A stretch of DNA of 64,000 nucleotides. It comes from an uncultured Gammaproteobacteria bacterium (lineage in GTDB: Bacteria > Patescibacteriota > Patescibacteriia > S139-126). The DNA lies in NCBI GenBank assembly GCA_964620905.1, contig CAZUKA010000001.1, positions 222,524 to 286,523 on the forward strand, written 5' to 3'. The notes under the pieces were generated by a model. That model was not told the origin of the DNA. It worked only from the letters and a program-made list of their open reading frames with translations, and did no database searches. The translations under genes were made by a program, and so were the position numbers. Of this stretch, positions 10,401 through 19,517 are shown piece after piece (positions within the stretch are counted from its first letter, which is position 1; each line of letters opens with the position of its first letter).

Positions 10401-11096
10401 TCAATATAAATTATGTTTTTTTATAATAATTTCTTTTGCATGAAAATATTTTACTATTGAAGCAGGTGTATAACCAACTAAAGGCCAAGGTAAATTATAA
10501 AAAAATTTAGGCCACCAAGTTGACATGTGCCCAGCCGAGGGTTTAATTATTTTATAACAAACTTCAAAAATATTAAAACCTTTTTTTCCCTGTTGCAACA
10601 AAGTCAACCATAAATCCCAATCTTGAAATTTTTCCAAGGATTCATCAAAACCAACAAAATCATCACGACGTAGCAATGAAGTAGTATGGATGTAATTTTC
10701 TTGTTTTAATTTACTAGCAGAAAAAGTTTGACTGAGGATCAATTTCCAGCCAAGCTTATAAGAAGAATAAACATAACTTGCTTGCGGATTAGAAAATAAC
10801 GTCTGTAACATAATTGACAACATATTTGGTTTCATTATTACATCATCATCAACAAAGATAACATACTCGCCTCGTGATAAACTAAAACCTCTATTTCTAG
10901 CTACTGGTGCACCTTGGTGATTTTGTCGATAAAAAATTATTTCAGGAAAATTAATTAATAATTTTTTTACATCATAATCAGAACCATCATCAACCACAAT
11001 AATTTCATAATCTTTATAGGTTTGTTGTCTGATACTTGCCAGGCAACGTGGAAGTAATTGTCTGTGGTTGTAGGTTGGAATTATTATTGAAATCAT
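10401..11096 (-). CDS. GT2 (GT-A) glycosyltransferase
   Basis: IIIPTYN, VVDDGS, GAPVARNRG, FVDDD, QDWDLW. Confidence 0.9.
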   Translation of the reverse strand: MISIIIPTYNHRQLLPRCLASIRQQTYKDYEIIVVDDGSDYDVKKLLINFPEIIFYRQNHQGAPVARNRGFSLSRGEYVIFVDDDVIMKPNMLSIMLQTLFSNPQASYVYSSYKLGWKLILSQTFSASKLKQENYIHTTSLLRRDDFVGFDESLEKFQDWDLWLTLLQQGKKGFNIFEVCYKIIKPSAGHMSTWWPKFFYNLPWPLVGYTPASIVKYFHAKEIIIKKHNLY

Positions 11097-11102
11097 AACA
11101 GG

Positions 11103-12203
11103 CTAAGATAATAAATCAGATAAAACTTGGGCTTGTTTTTGCCAACTAAACGTTTCAGCCCAAAGTCTATTATTTTTTCCATAACTTTTTAATAATTCTG
11201 GTTTGATTAAAAGTTTAATTATTTCATTTGCAATCATCTTGCTTGAAGCATTCTCTGATAAAATAATACCGGTCTGCTGATGTAGTACTGCTTCGCTAAC
11301 TCCACCACTATCAGTCGCCAATACTGGCAAATAAAATAAACCCGCTTCCAAATAAACCATACCAAAGCCTTCAACATCTCCTTTTAAATTATGTGGCAAC
11401 ATAATAAATAAATCTTGCTTTTGATACAATTGTGCTAATTGATCATTGTCCAATCTACCAACAAAAAAAATTTTGTCTTCTGCCTTAAGCTTTTTGACTA
11501 ATTTTTCTAAACGCAATTTATCTACACCTTCACCAACAATGGTATAACTCACTTGTGGAAATTTAAACCAAACATCAGGTAGAGCCATTATCACTCGATC
11601 AATCCCTTTACGAGAAACAAGTCTCGCAACTGTTATTAGACTAAAACTTTGATCTTTTTTTTCAATTTGCTTGACTTGGTTTGATAATTTAATCAGTGCT
11701 AACTGTGGACCTGGCTTCACAACTACAATTCTGTTTTTTTTAATAAAATAACTTTCTACTATTTTTTTAGTAAATTCGGAATTGACGATAATAGTATCAG
11801 CTGAATTCATTATTATTTTGGCTAAAAATTTCTTTCTGCCTTGAAGTTGTAAAATGTCAAAACCATGACAAGAAATAAAATAATTTTCAATAAAATCAAA
11901 TTTTTTTAGTAACCATAAAACCGTACCGATCGGGAGAATTTGTCCAGCAATAAAATTGTGAAAAGAATGTTTTGTTTGTAAATTTAAAATTATAAATAAC
12001 AATTTCAACCATCTTGGCCAAATCCAATCAAACAACATTTTTCTTCTAATAACATTTTGATCTTCAAAATTTTCCTTAGCTGTTTTCGGAGCTAAAATAT
12101 AAAAAAAATCTGTAGGTAAAAATTTATTTAGACCTACCCAATAGTTAGCCACTCCACCAGTCTGGGGCAAATAATCTAATGTTATCAGAATAGTCTTTTT
12201 CAT
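11103..12203 (-). CDS. GT4 glycosyltransferase (PimB-like)
   Basis: DYLPQTGGV, VARLVSRKG, EGFGMVYLEAG, SGGVSEAV. Confidence 0.9.
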   Translation of the reverse strand: MKKTILITLDYLPQTGGVANYWVGLNKFLPTDFFYILAPKTAKENFEDQNVIRRKMLFDWIWPRWLKLLFIILNLQTKHSFHNFIAGQILPIGTVLWLLKKFDFIENYFISCHGFDILQLQGRKKFLAKIIMNSADTIIVNSEFTKKIVESYFIKKNRIVVVKPGPQLALIKLSNQVKQIEKKDQSFSLITVARLVSRKGIDRVIMALPDVWFKFPQVSYTIVGEGVDKLRLEKLVKKLKAEDKIFFVGRLDNDQLAQLYQKQDLFIMLPHNLKGDVEGFGMVYLEAGLFYLPVLATDSGGVSEAVLHQQTGIILSENASSKMIANEIIKLLIKPELLKSYGKNNRLWAETFSWQKQAQVLSDLLS

Positions 12204-12211
12204 CAGGATTT

Positions 12212-13654
12212 TTAATTTTTTCTAATTGAAAATAAGACCTGTTTAATATCCCTAGAAGTAATTGTTTTAATTATAACTTGTAAAATCAAATAAGCTAGAC
12301 CTCCCAATATAGCACTCAACAACCAATTCAAATAACCTAAACTGAAAAAAATGACTATAACCATTAGACAACTAGAAAATAAAGTTTTAAAAGTTACAAT
12401 GAATAAATACTTAATATCAATTTTCAATAGACATCTCACAGCCAAACTATTTAAAATAAATAATATTAAAGTGCTTAAAAATGAAGCAATCGCCGCTCCT
12501 ACGGCTTGATAGTTTGGTATTAAAAATAAATTAAACATAATATTTAAAATCATTGCCAAACCGATATTCAAGGTATTTCGAGCCTGTTTATTGGCGGCGT
12601 TAAGCAAAGAACCTAAAGGAAAGTTTATAAATAAAAACAATAAACTGGTTATTAAAATTTGCAATGGTAGAATCGAACCTATATAGGCAGAGGTGTAAAG
12701 AGTTGAAATAAATTTATCTGCTAAAAATACAACTCCAAAAGTCAAGGGAATGGTCAATATGATTATATAATAAATCGCCCGAGTAAACGATTTATTAAGC
12801 ATTACCTTATCATGAGTAAAATAAGTGCTCATAGCCGGATAAAGCGACGCGACCAAAGCCAAGGGTAAAAATTGCAAAGCAAAAGTAAGTTTATAAGCTA
12901 CGGCATAAAAACCCAAAGCTGCATTGGAAGCTAATTTAGATAACAAAACTTGATCAAAAGCGCCATAAATTTTAGTAAAACCAGCCGCTAAAGCAAAGGG
13001 TAAAATTATAAAAAAAATTTTTTGCCAATAAAAAAAATCAAACGCCAAACTGATATTTAATTTAATTTTCCAATGGAGTAAAACAAAGACATAAATTAAA
13101 TTTATTAGATTAGCACCCAATAAAACTAACAATAAAATTTTTAAATCTGTAGTAAATTGTAAAGTTATAATACCTACCGCGCTCACCAATACTTGTACCC
13201 CAACTGTTCCAAAAGATTCATACTTAAGATTATGCCAGCCACGAATAATTGCATAAGAAGATATAACCAATGATTCAACTAACATCAAAACTGCGGCAAT
13301 CACAATTAAATGCTTGGTCAATTGTTGATACTGCAGTAAATTTATCACTAAAAAAATCAAACTAATTGAAATTATTGCACTAAATACTTTAAAACCTAAA
13401 ATATTACTAAGTAGCTTCTGAGATAGCGAATGATCTTTAGCCACTTCTCTAGTAATAAAATGATTGGTACCAAAATCAACTACAATAGAAAATATAGCTA
13501 CAAACGATAAAGCAAAAACATACTGACCCAAATTTTCTGCTCCCAAAACACGTGCCAAATAGGTGAAATAAACAAAAGATACGATCTTTTGCAAAATTAA
13601 TGCCAAGGTAAACCAGGTGGTGTTGGCGGCTACTTTCGTTTGCTCTTTGTCCAT
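12212..13654 (-). CDS. Polysaccharide flippase (Wzx/RfbX)
   Basis: About 14 TM segments, YLARVLGAENLGQY, DFG, GFYAVAYK, LIPNYQAVGAAIA. Likely start MDKEQ. Confidence 0.88.
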   Translation of the reverse strand: MDKEQTKVAANTTWFTLALILQKIVSFVYFTYLARVLGAENLGQYVFALSFVAIFSIVVDFGTNHFITREVAKDHSLSQKLLSNILGFKVFSAIISISLIFLVINLLQYQQLTKHLIVIAAVLMLVESLVISSYAIIRGWHNLKYESFGTVGVQVLVSAVGIITLQFTTDLKILLLVLLGANLINLIYVFVLLHWKIKLNISLAFDFFYWQKIFFIILPFALAAGFTKIYGAFDQVLLSKLASNAALGFYAVAYKLTFALQFLPLALVASLYPAMSTYFTHDKVMLNKSFTRAIYYIIILTIPLTFGVVFLADKFISTLYTSAYIGSILPLQILITSLLFLFINFPLGSLLNAANKQARNTLNIGLAMILNIMFNLFLIPNYQAVGAAIASFLSTLILFILNSLAVRCLLKIDIKYLFIVTFKTLFSSCLMVIVIFFSLGYLNWLLSAILGGLAYLILQVIIKTITSRDIKQVLFSIRKN

Positions 13655-13780
13655 AAAATCATTATACCTTAAAATCTTTTGAAAAATAAACCTCAACTTT
13701 TTTTATCAACTTTCCTCTTTACTCTTTAAGACTATGTTAAAAAAAATTTAAAGTTTTAATTAATAATATTTTTTCATAAT

Positions 13781-13807
13781 AAAAGCGATACGTCGGTATC
13801 GCTTTTT
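13781..13807 (-). terminator. Intrinsic terminator of the ribosomal operon (after rpsI)
   Basis: AAAAGCGATAC-GTCG-GTATCGCTTTTT perfect hairpin flanked by A/T runs. Confidence 0.8.
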
Positions 13808-13824
13808 AAATTTCCCAAAATTGA

Positions 13825-14262
13825 TTATCTTTTTTGCCACTGAGGTGCTCGACGAGCTTTCTTTAAACCTGGTTTTTTTCTTTCTTTTTTCCTTGAATCT
13901 CTGGTCAATAATAAAGATTTTTTTAGAACTGGTCGTAAGTCTCTATCCATTCCTACTAATGCCCGGGCAATACCCAATCTAATAGCATCAGTTTGTCCCT
14001 TATAACCTCCCCCACTAACTTTCACCACCAAATCATAACTCTCACTTTTTGCTGTTAAACTTAATGGTTTTTTCACATTGATTAACAATTCTTGTCTAGG
14101 AAAGTATTGTTCAACAGACTTATCATTAACAATAAACCTACCTTTACCTTTGGGATAAAATCTGACTTTGGCTACAGCGTTTTTTCTTTTACCAATGGCA
14201 GCAAAATATTTTCCTTTGAATTCACCAACATCAGTAGAGACTTTTTTTTCTTTTATAGCCAT
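13825..14262 (-). CDS. rpsI: 30S ribosomal protein S9
   Basis: GKRKNAVAKV, GGGYKGQ, LTRDSRKKERKKPG, RAPQWQKR. Confidence 0.98.
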   Translation of the reverse strand: MAIKEKKVSTDVGEFKGKYFAAIGKRKNAVAKVRFYPKGKGRFIVNDKSVEQYFPRQELLINVKKPLSLTAKSESYDLVVKVSGGGYKGQTDAIRLGIARALVGMDRDLRPVLKKSLLLTRDSRKKERKKPGLKKARRAPQWQKR

Positions 14263-14265
14263 AAA

Positions 14266-14622
14266 TTATTTAAAAGTTAATCTTTTAATCATCTGCTCAC
14301 GTAATTTATTTTTCGGTAACATATTATAAACTGCTTGTTTGATAACCTGTTTAGGATCATTATTTAAAATTTCTGCCAATTGCTTTCTTTTTAGACCCCC
14401 GGGATAACCACTATAGTGAAAATACTCCTTTTGTTGTAATTTATCACCGGTTAATTTTATTTTATCTGGATTTAATATAACCACCTTATCACCTTGATCA
14501 AAATAATAAGTGAAATTTACTTTATGTTTGCCACGTAAAATCGTCGCGACTTTTGTGGCTAAACGACCTAAAACAACCCCGGTCGCATCAATTTCATGAA
14601 TATGTCTTTTAACTTGTTTCAT
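14266..14622 (-). CDS. rplM: 50S ribosomal protein L13 (short form)
   Basis: IDATGVVLGRLA, LRGKHK, YSGYPGG, MLPKNKL. Confidence 0.97.
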   Translation of the reverse strand: MKQVKRHIHEIDATGVVLGRLATKVATILRGKHKVNFTYYFDQGDKVVILNPDKIKLTGDKLQQKEYFHYSGYPGGLKRKQLAEILNNDPKQVIKQAVYNMLPKNKLREQMIKRLTFK

Positions 14623-14626
14623 AAAA

Positions 14627-14980
14627 TTATTTTACCAATTCAATATAAACTTGTTCCGCACCATCACCGCGCCGCGGAGACACTTTATAAATCCTACTGT
14701 ACCCACCTTGTTTATCAAGATATCTTGGACCCAATACTTCAAAAAGTTTTTTTCTGGCATTTTCAGTCAAAACTCTCGACCGCACAATTCGTCGGTTATG
14801 CAAATTATCAACCTTGGCACGGGTAATCAAGGGTTCTAATTTAGTTCTTATAACTTTTGCTTTGGTAGGGGTCGTCTTTATTTTTTCATACAATATCAAA
14901 CTATCCACCAAGTTTTTCAACATTAAATTTCGTGGCCCTACTTTTCTTTTAAAAATTTTTCCTTTATGTAAATGCCGCAT
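14627..14980 (-). CDS. rplQ: 50S ribosomal protein L17
   Basis: MRH start, IKTTPTKAK, GGYSRI, RRGDGA. Confidence 0.97.
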   Translation of the reverse strand: MRHLHKGKIFKRKVGPRNLMLKNLVDSLILYEKIKTTPTKAKVIRTKLEPLITRAKVDNLHNRRIVRSRVLTENARKKLFEVLGPRYLDKQGGYSRIYKVSPRRGDGAEQVYIELVK

Positions 14981-14985
14981 AATTA

Positions 14986-15741
14986 CTATTCTTTGGTTGC
15001 TTTCTTTTTGGACTTTTCTTTCACTTTTCCCGGTTCATCGTTTTTCTCCACTTGGGTATGCTCTCTCAATAATTGAAAATGTTCTAATAATATAGATAGG
15101 GCATAATCCATAGCGTTGGGTGGCAAAATTGTTCCGTCAGTCTGTATATTCATAGTTAAACGATCATAATTTATATCTTGACCCACGCGAGCTGGTGTTA
15201 CTTCAAAACCAACATTTCTAACCGGTGAAAAAAAGGCATCTAAATAAATCACTCCAACCTCTTTGGCTTCATTTTTTCTGTCCTCTACTGGTAAATAACC
15301 AAAACCTTTTTCTATTGTCATCTCGATATCTAAATCGGCTTTTTTATCAGTGATATTGGCAATGATAAAATCTTGGTCAATTATTTCAACATCTGAGTTT
15401 TTTTCTAAATCACTAGCTTTAATTGGTCCTATTTTTCCTTTAACTTTAAGATGAATTTTTACCGGCTCAGCACTTAAACAACGCAAACGTAAATTTTTCA
15501 AATTGAGCATAATTTGAACAACATCTTCTTTTACACCTACAATGGTTGAAAACTCATGATCAACTTTTTTGATTTTTATTTTGGTAATAGCCGCCCCTGG
15601 CAAAGAAGAAAGAAGAACTCGACGTAAGGCATTGCCCAAAGTAGTACCATAGCCGGCGCTACAAGGCTCAACAATAAATCTTGACTCGTGGTTGCCTAAA
15701 TCCTCCCAGGTAATCTTGTTTGGCAATGGTATGATAGACAT
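14986..15741 (-). CDS. rpoA: RNA polymerase alpha subunit, NTD only (no alpha-CTD)
   Basis: GYGTTLGNALRRVLLSSLPGAA, HEFSTI, DAFFSPV. It ends at 251 aa in a Lys-rich tail, 5 nt before rplQ. Confidence 0.96.
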   Translation of the reverse strand: MSIIPLPNKITWEDLGNHESRFIVEPCSAGYGTTLGNALRRVLLSSLPGAAITKIKIKKVDHEFSTIVGVKEDVVQIMLNLKNLRLRCLSAEPVKIHLKVKGKIGPIKASDLEKNSDVEIIDQDFIIANITDKKADLDIEMTIEKGFGYLPVEDRKNEAKEVGVIYLDAFFSPVRNVGFEVTPARVGQDINYDRLTMNIQTDGTILPPNAMDYALSILLEHFQLLREHTQVEKNDEPGKVKEKSKKKATKE

Positions 15742-15755
15742 AAAATAAAATTAAA

Positions 15756-16370
15756 TTATTTAGAATAAAATTCAATTATCGCCCGCGTATCAAAAAGTAA
15801 TGACTGTAAATCTAGGGCGGGACTGGTCACCAACTTGACTGACAAACTCTTCTGATCGTTTGCTAACCAAGTTGCTGTCTCTGTCTTTGTTGGCCACTTT
15901 TTAACTAAATCTTTAATCAATGATTTATTTTTTTTGTTCTCCTTAATACTAATAACATCGCCAATACGGCAAGCATAAGAGGGTATATCAACTTTTTTAC
16001 CATTAACCAAAATAAAACCATGAGTTACAAGTTGTCTAGCTTGTGCTCTGCTATCAGCAAAACCTGATCGAAAAATTACATTATCTAAACGTGATTCAAG
16101 TAATTGAACTAATATTTCACCGGTATTACCTTTACGTTGCAATGCTTTTTTATAATAATTTACAAACTGTTTTTCCATTAAACCATAAATTCTTTTGGCT
16201 TTTTGCTTTTCTCGCAGTTGTTGACCATAAGTTGACAACCGGACTCTTTGGGAAGGTCCGTGTAAACCCGGCGGGTAATTTCTTTTTTGCAAAGGATTTT
16301 TTACTTTACCAAATAAATTAACTCCTTCGCGCCTAGAAAGCTTATCTTTTGGTCCTAAATATCTGCCCAT
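15756..16370 (-). CDS. rpsD: 30S ribosomal protein S4
   Basis: [33 protein letters not shown]. Confidence 0.98.
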   Translation of the reverse strand: MGRYLGPKDKLSRREGVNLFGKVKNPLQKRNYPPGLHGPSQRVRLSTYGQQLREKQKAKRIYGLMEKQFVNYYKKALQRKGNTGEILVQLLESRLDNVIFRSGFADSRAQARQLVTHGFILVNGKKVDIPSYACRIGDVISIKENKKNKSLIKDLVKKWPTKTETATWLANDQKSLSVKLVTSPALDLQSLLFDTRAIIEFYSK

Positions 16371-16388
16371 GTGACTATATAATAAATA

Positions 16389-16838
16389 TTAGACTCTTCT
16401 TGGTTTCTTTGGACGACAACCATTGTGCGGCAATGGCGTCACATCGCGAATCGAAACTACCTCAATATTGTTCGCTTGTAAAGCTCTAACCGCACCTTCT
16501 CGACCACCACCCACACCCTTAACCATCACAGCCACTTCTTTTACTCCATAATCACGAATCTTTTCAGCGGCAGTTCTTACAATAATACCAGCAGCATATG
16601 GAGTCGCCTTTTTGGGACCTTTAAAACCACATTGTCCAGCACTAACAGTTATTAAAACATTTCCGTTCATATCAGCAAAACTTACAACAGTATTGTTGTA
16701 GGTAGCCTGAATATAAACATTCCCTCTGCGGACTAATCTTTTTTTTCGGTTCTTTTTCACTTTTTTGATTCCAACCTCTTCACCACTTACCTGTTCAGTG
16801 GAAATATTATTGTTATTGGTTTTTATTGTTTCTACCAT
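16389..16838 (-). CDS. rpsK: 30S ribosomal protein S11
   Basis: ATYNNT, GFKGPKKATPYAA, DVTPLPHNGCRP. Confidence 0.98.
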   Translation of the reverse strand: MVETIKTNNNNISTEQVSGEEVGIKKVKKNRKKRLVRRGNVYIQATYNNTVVSFADMNGNVLITVSAGQCGFKGPKKATPYAAGIIVRTAAEKIRDYGVKEVAVMVKGVGGGREGAVRALQANNIEVVSIRDVTPLPHNGCRPKKPRRV

Positions 16839-16848
16839 TTATATTGTT

Positions 16849-17238
16849 TTAAGTCTTTTGGGCGGCCTTGGCACGACCAGATCCCATAGTTTTACGTACA
16901 TTCCCTCGTACTGTACGACTATTAGTTTTAGTTCTTTGTCCACGCACTGGTAAATTGCGGGCATGCCGACTACCGCGATAAGTACTAATTTCTTTTAACC
17001 TTTTAATATTTGTTAAAATTTCTCTTTTTAAATCCCCTTCAATTTTAAAATTCTTATCAATAAAATTCTTGATGTCATTTAATTGTTTCTCCGTTACGTC
17101 CTTAACTTTCATGTTTTTATCTATCTCCAATTCACGCAAAATTAAATTTGCTCTGGCTTTGCCAACACCATAAATATATGTCAGGGCAATTTCCATTCTT
17201 TTTTTATCAGGGATATTAATACCGGCAATACGAGCCAT
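16849..17238 (-). CDS. rpsM: 30S ribosomal protein S13
   Basis: MARIAG, LTYIYGVG, LPVRGQRTKTN. Confidence 0.98.
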   Translation of the reverse strand: MARIAGINIPDKKRMEIALTYIYGVGKARANLILRELEIDKNMKVKDVTEKQLNDIKNFIDKNFKIEGDLKREILTNIKRLKEISTYRGSRHARNLPVRGQRTKTNSRTVRGNVRKTMGSGRAKAAQKT

Positions 17239-17253
17239 AAATTTAAAATTAAA

Positions 17254-17367
17254 TTAACCTTGTCTTTGTTTATGTCGAGTATTTTTGCATATTACCCAAA
17301 CGCGTCCTTCTCGACGAATAACGCGACAATCTTTACACATTTTTTTTACTGATGCTCTAACTTTCAT
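17254..17367 (-). CDS. rpmJ: 50S ribosomal protein L36 (zinc-ribbon form)
   Basis: Below the ORF-track cutoff. Manual translation [37 protein letters not shown]. Confidence 0.97.
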   Translation of the reverse strand: MKVRASVKKMCKDCRVIRREGRVWVICKNTRHKQRQG

Positions 17368-17372
17368 ATATA

Positions 17373-17654
17373 TTATAATCTTCTAGTTATTCGGCCCTTT
17401 GTCAAATCATACGGACTCAGCTCAAGTTTTACTCTATCTCCCATCACCAACCTAATTTTAAACATTCTCATCTTACCTGATAAATGCGCCAAAATTTCAT
17501 GTCCGTTATCCAACAAAACTTTAAAACTTCCGGCAGGTAATAATTCTATTACCTCACCTTCCAATTCAATAAAACCTTTGTGGTTTTGACTAATGTTTGA
17601 TCCGAGAGTTGTTTTTTCTGGCTCGTCGGTTTGCTCTTTGTTTAATTGTGTCAT
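17373..17654 (-). CDS. infA: Translation initiation factor IF-1 with an N-terminal extension
   Basis: [37 protein letters not shown]. Confidence 0.96.
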   Translation of the reverse strand: MTQLNKEQTDEPEKTTLGSNISQNHKGFIELEGEVIELLPAGSFKVLLDNGHEILAHLSGKMRMFKIRLVMGDRVKLELSPYDLTKGRITRRL

Positions 17655-17754
17655 GAAAAATAAGCAAAATAAAATTCTTAGTAAAGTACTTTACTAGAAT
17701 TTTGTTGACTTAGGTGTTTTTTTATTTATACACACTATCTAGTCTGTAATAAAT

Positions 17755-17782
17755 ATTATAACAGAAAAGGAAAACGTGTCAA
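17755..17782 (-). promoter_or_regulatory. Promoter of the infA-alpha operon
   Basis: Minus strand TTGACA (17782-17777), 16 nt spacer, TATAAT (17760-17755) with an extended -10 TG. Confidence 0.65.
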
Positions 17783-17835
17783 GGAAAAAAATAAAACAAC
17801 GAAATATTTTAAAGATTCTGCTAATTTTAGCCAAA

Positions 17836-18642
17836 TTATTCAAATAAGACTAAACCAATTTTTTTACCTATTGGTCCATTATCTGTCCAATCAGCAATCG
17901 CCTCCAACAGAACTTCAGTTTTATACAAGTAGTCTTGGCCATTTTTTGTACCCGGATCATTAGTTATAAAAAAACCATTATTATAACCTTTTATCACTAA
18001 CATGTGATAAAGTGGTCCTGGGGAACGAAAATTTGGGTTGTTTAAATTTCTACCTGCAGCCGGTACAATTATTGGGTTACCCATTCGCAATTCATTTATT
18101 ATTTTTTCTTCATCTATATTTTCAATCAACCGAAAATTAAATTGGTAATATTTATTTGCCAACTGTGCAGTTTCTGTAATAGTTAAATCTTTATGTGTAC
18201 CAAAAACATCTGATTGAAGTTGAAAATTTACCAAATTATCAATTTGTAGTTTTATTTCACTAACTGAAAAAGAATTTTTATTTTGTAAGTATCCCACCAC
18301 CATCAAAAGAGAAGCTTCTTCACAAGCTTCTTTGTAAGGCATTTCCCAATTAGCCCCAGGTGCTTGTACAACAAAAGGTACTAATAAATTGACATTTTTA
18401 TCCTCTTCTAAAAATTCTTGATTAGATGTTTTTATGGCTGCAGATTCAACAAAACTAACTTTGTCCGGACCATTGTCACTTACTTGTAAATTATTATTTA
18501 TTAAAAAATCTTGACGACTTACTGGTACTGGCAGGGTATTTTTTTCTTTAGGTCTAAAAAAATCGAATTTAAAAAAAGTATATAAAATCAAACCAAAAAA
18601 AAATCCGACTGTTAAATGCAGTTTATATTTTCCAAAATTCAT
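17836..18642 (-). CDS. Membrane-anchored peptidase C39-like protein
   Basis: N-terminal TM, VPFVVQAP, EACEEAS (Cys), YHMLVIKGY (His), TNDPG (Asp). Confidence 0.75.
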   Translation of the reverse strand: MNFGKYKLHLTVGFFFGLILYTFFKFDFFRPKEKNTLPVPVSRQDFLINNNLQVSDNGPDKVSFVESAAIKTSNQEFLEEDKNVNLLVPFVVQAPGANWEMPYKEACEEASLLMVVGYLQNKNSFSVSEIKLQIDNLVNFQLQSDVFGTHKDLTITETAQLANKYYQFNFRLIENIDEEKIINELRMGNPIIVPAAGRNLNNPNFRSPGPLYHMLVIKGYNNGFFITNDPGTKNGQDYLYKTEVLLEAIADWTDNGPIGKKIGLVLFE

Positions 18643-18648
18643 AAAAAA

Positions 18649-18873
18649 TTAACTCTTTTTTTTCTTTTTCTTCAAAAGTAGCGCCCCTGCTGCAAAAGTG
18701 GTCAGCAATCCAACTCCCACAGCCAACTTTTTTTTGGTTTCATTGTCCAAAGATTGATAACGCTGATTAGCAGACTTGGAAAACTTTTTAATCTCTGCTA
18801 ATACTTTATCAACCTGCTTGGACAAATCGCTACTTTTTGGCTTAGTTTGCGTTTTATTTGTATTTTTTGACAT
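18649..18873 (-). CDS. Small hypothetical protein with a C-terminal membrane anchor and poly-Lys tail
   Basis: 74-aa ORF in operon spacing, ending LAVGVGLLTTFAAGALLL-KKKKKKS. Confidence 0.6.
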   Translation of the reverse strand: MSKNTNKTQTKPKSSDLSKQVDKVLAEIKKFSKSANQRYQSLDNETKKKLAVGVGLLTTFAAGALLLKKKKKKS

Positions 18874-18945
18874 AGACCTTTACAAATAATAATTATTCTA
18901 TTTTAATAATAGCAAACATTAACAAATTAATTAAGGAGACCTGTA

Positions 18946-19503
18946 ATGAAAGCATTATTTGCCACTTGGTTGTTTATTTATTTACTGATCAACGGTTGCA
19001 CTATACGTTATACAGCTTCCCAACCACTTACCAATGAAGAACTTTCTAAATTAGTTCGCCACACAATCGTTGATATCTTATCTGACCACAATAAAAAATC
19101 AAACTCTGGGGGTTATGTCCATGACAAATCTGGTTTATTGTTTTTCTACCAGGCTGACCTAGATACAATTTTATTTGAATTTAGTGGTTTTATTAAAAAC
19201 AATGAGGTAAACCAAATTGATAGCGGGTATTTTAAAATGACAGTTTATGGTAAAAATTTTTATTTTTATATTATGGATAAAAATTTTTCCAGCCAAGACA
19301 TCAGTGCAATATATCAATATATAAATATCCAAGGTGACACCATAAGTTTACATTTCAACAACCAGCAAAGATCATTGTTAAAAAATAAATATTTTATTTT
19401 GGAAACTTATGCTTTTTATCTACTGGCTTTAAAAGAATTTTACAATCTTTCAGTACTTAAAATATATCTAACAAAAACCCCCAAAAATTTGGGGGTTTTA
19501 TAA
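18946..19503 (+). CDS. Hypothetical, possible lipoprotein
   Basis: AAGGAG SD, signal-like N-terminus ending LING-C, no recognisable family. Confidence 0.6.
   Translation: MKALFATWLFIYLLINGCTIRYTASQPLTNEELSKLVRHTIVDILSDHNKKSNSGGYVHDKSGLLFFYQADLDTILFEFSGFIKNNEVNQIDSGYFKMTVYGKNFYFYIMDKNFSSQDISAIYQYINIQGDTISLHFNNQQRSLLKNKYFILETYAFYLLALKEFYNLSVLKIYLTKTPKNLGVL
19473..19499. terminator. Bidirectional terminator between the convergent + ORF and alaS
   Basis: AAAAACCCCCAAA-AA-TTTGGGGGTTTT hairpin. Confidence 0.7.
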
Positions 19504-19517
19504 TATAGTAATTTTAT

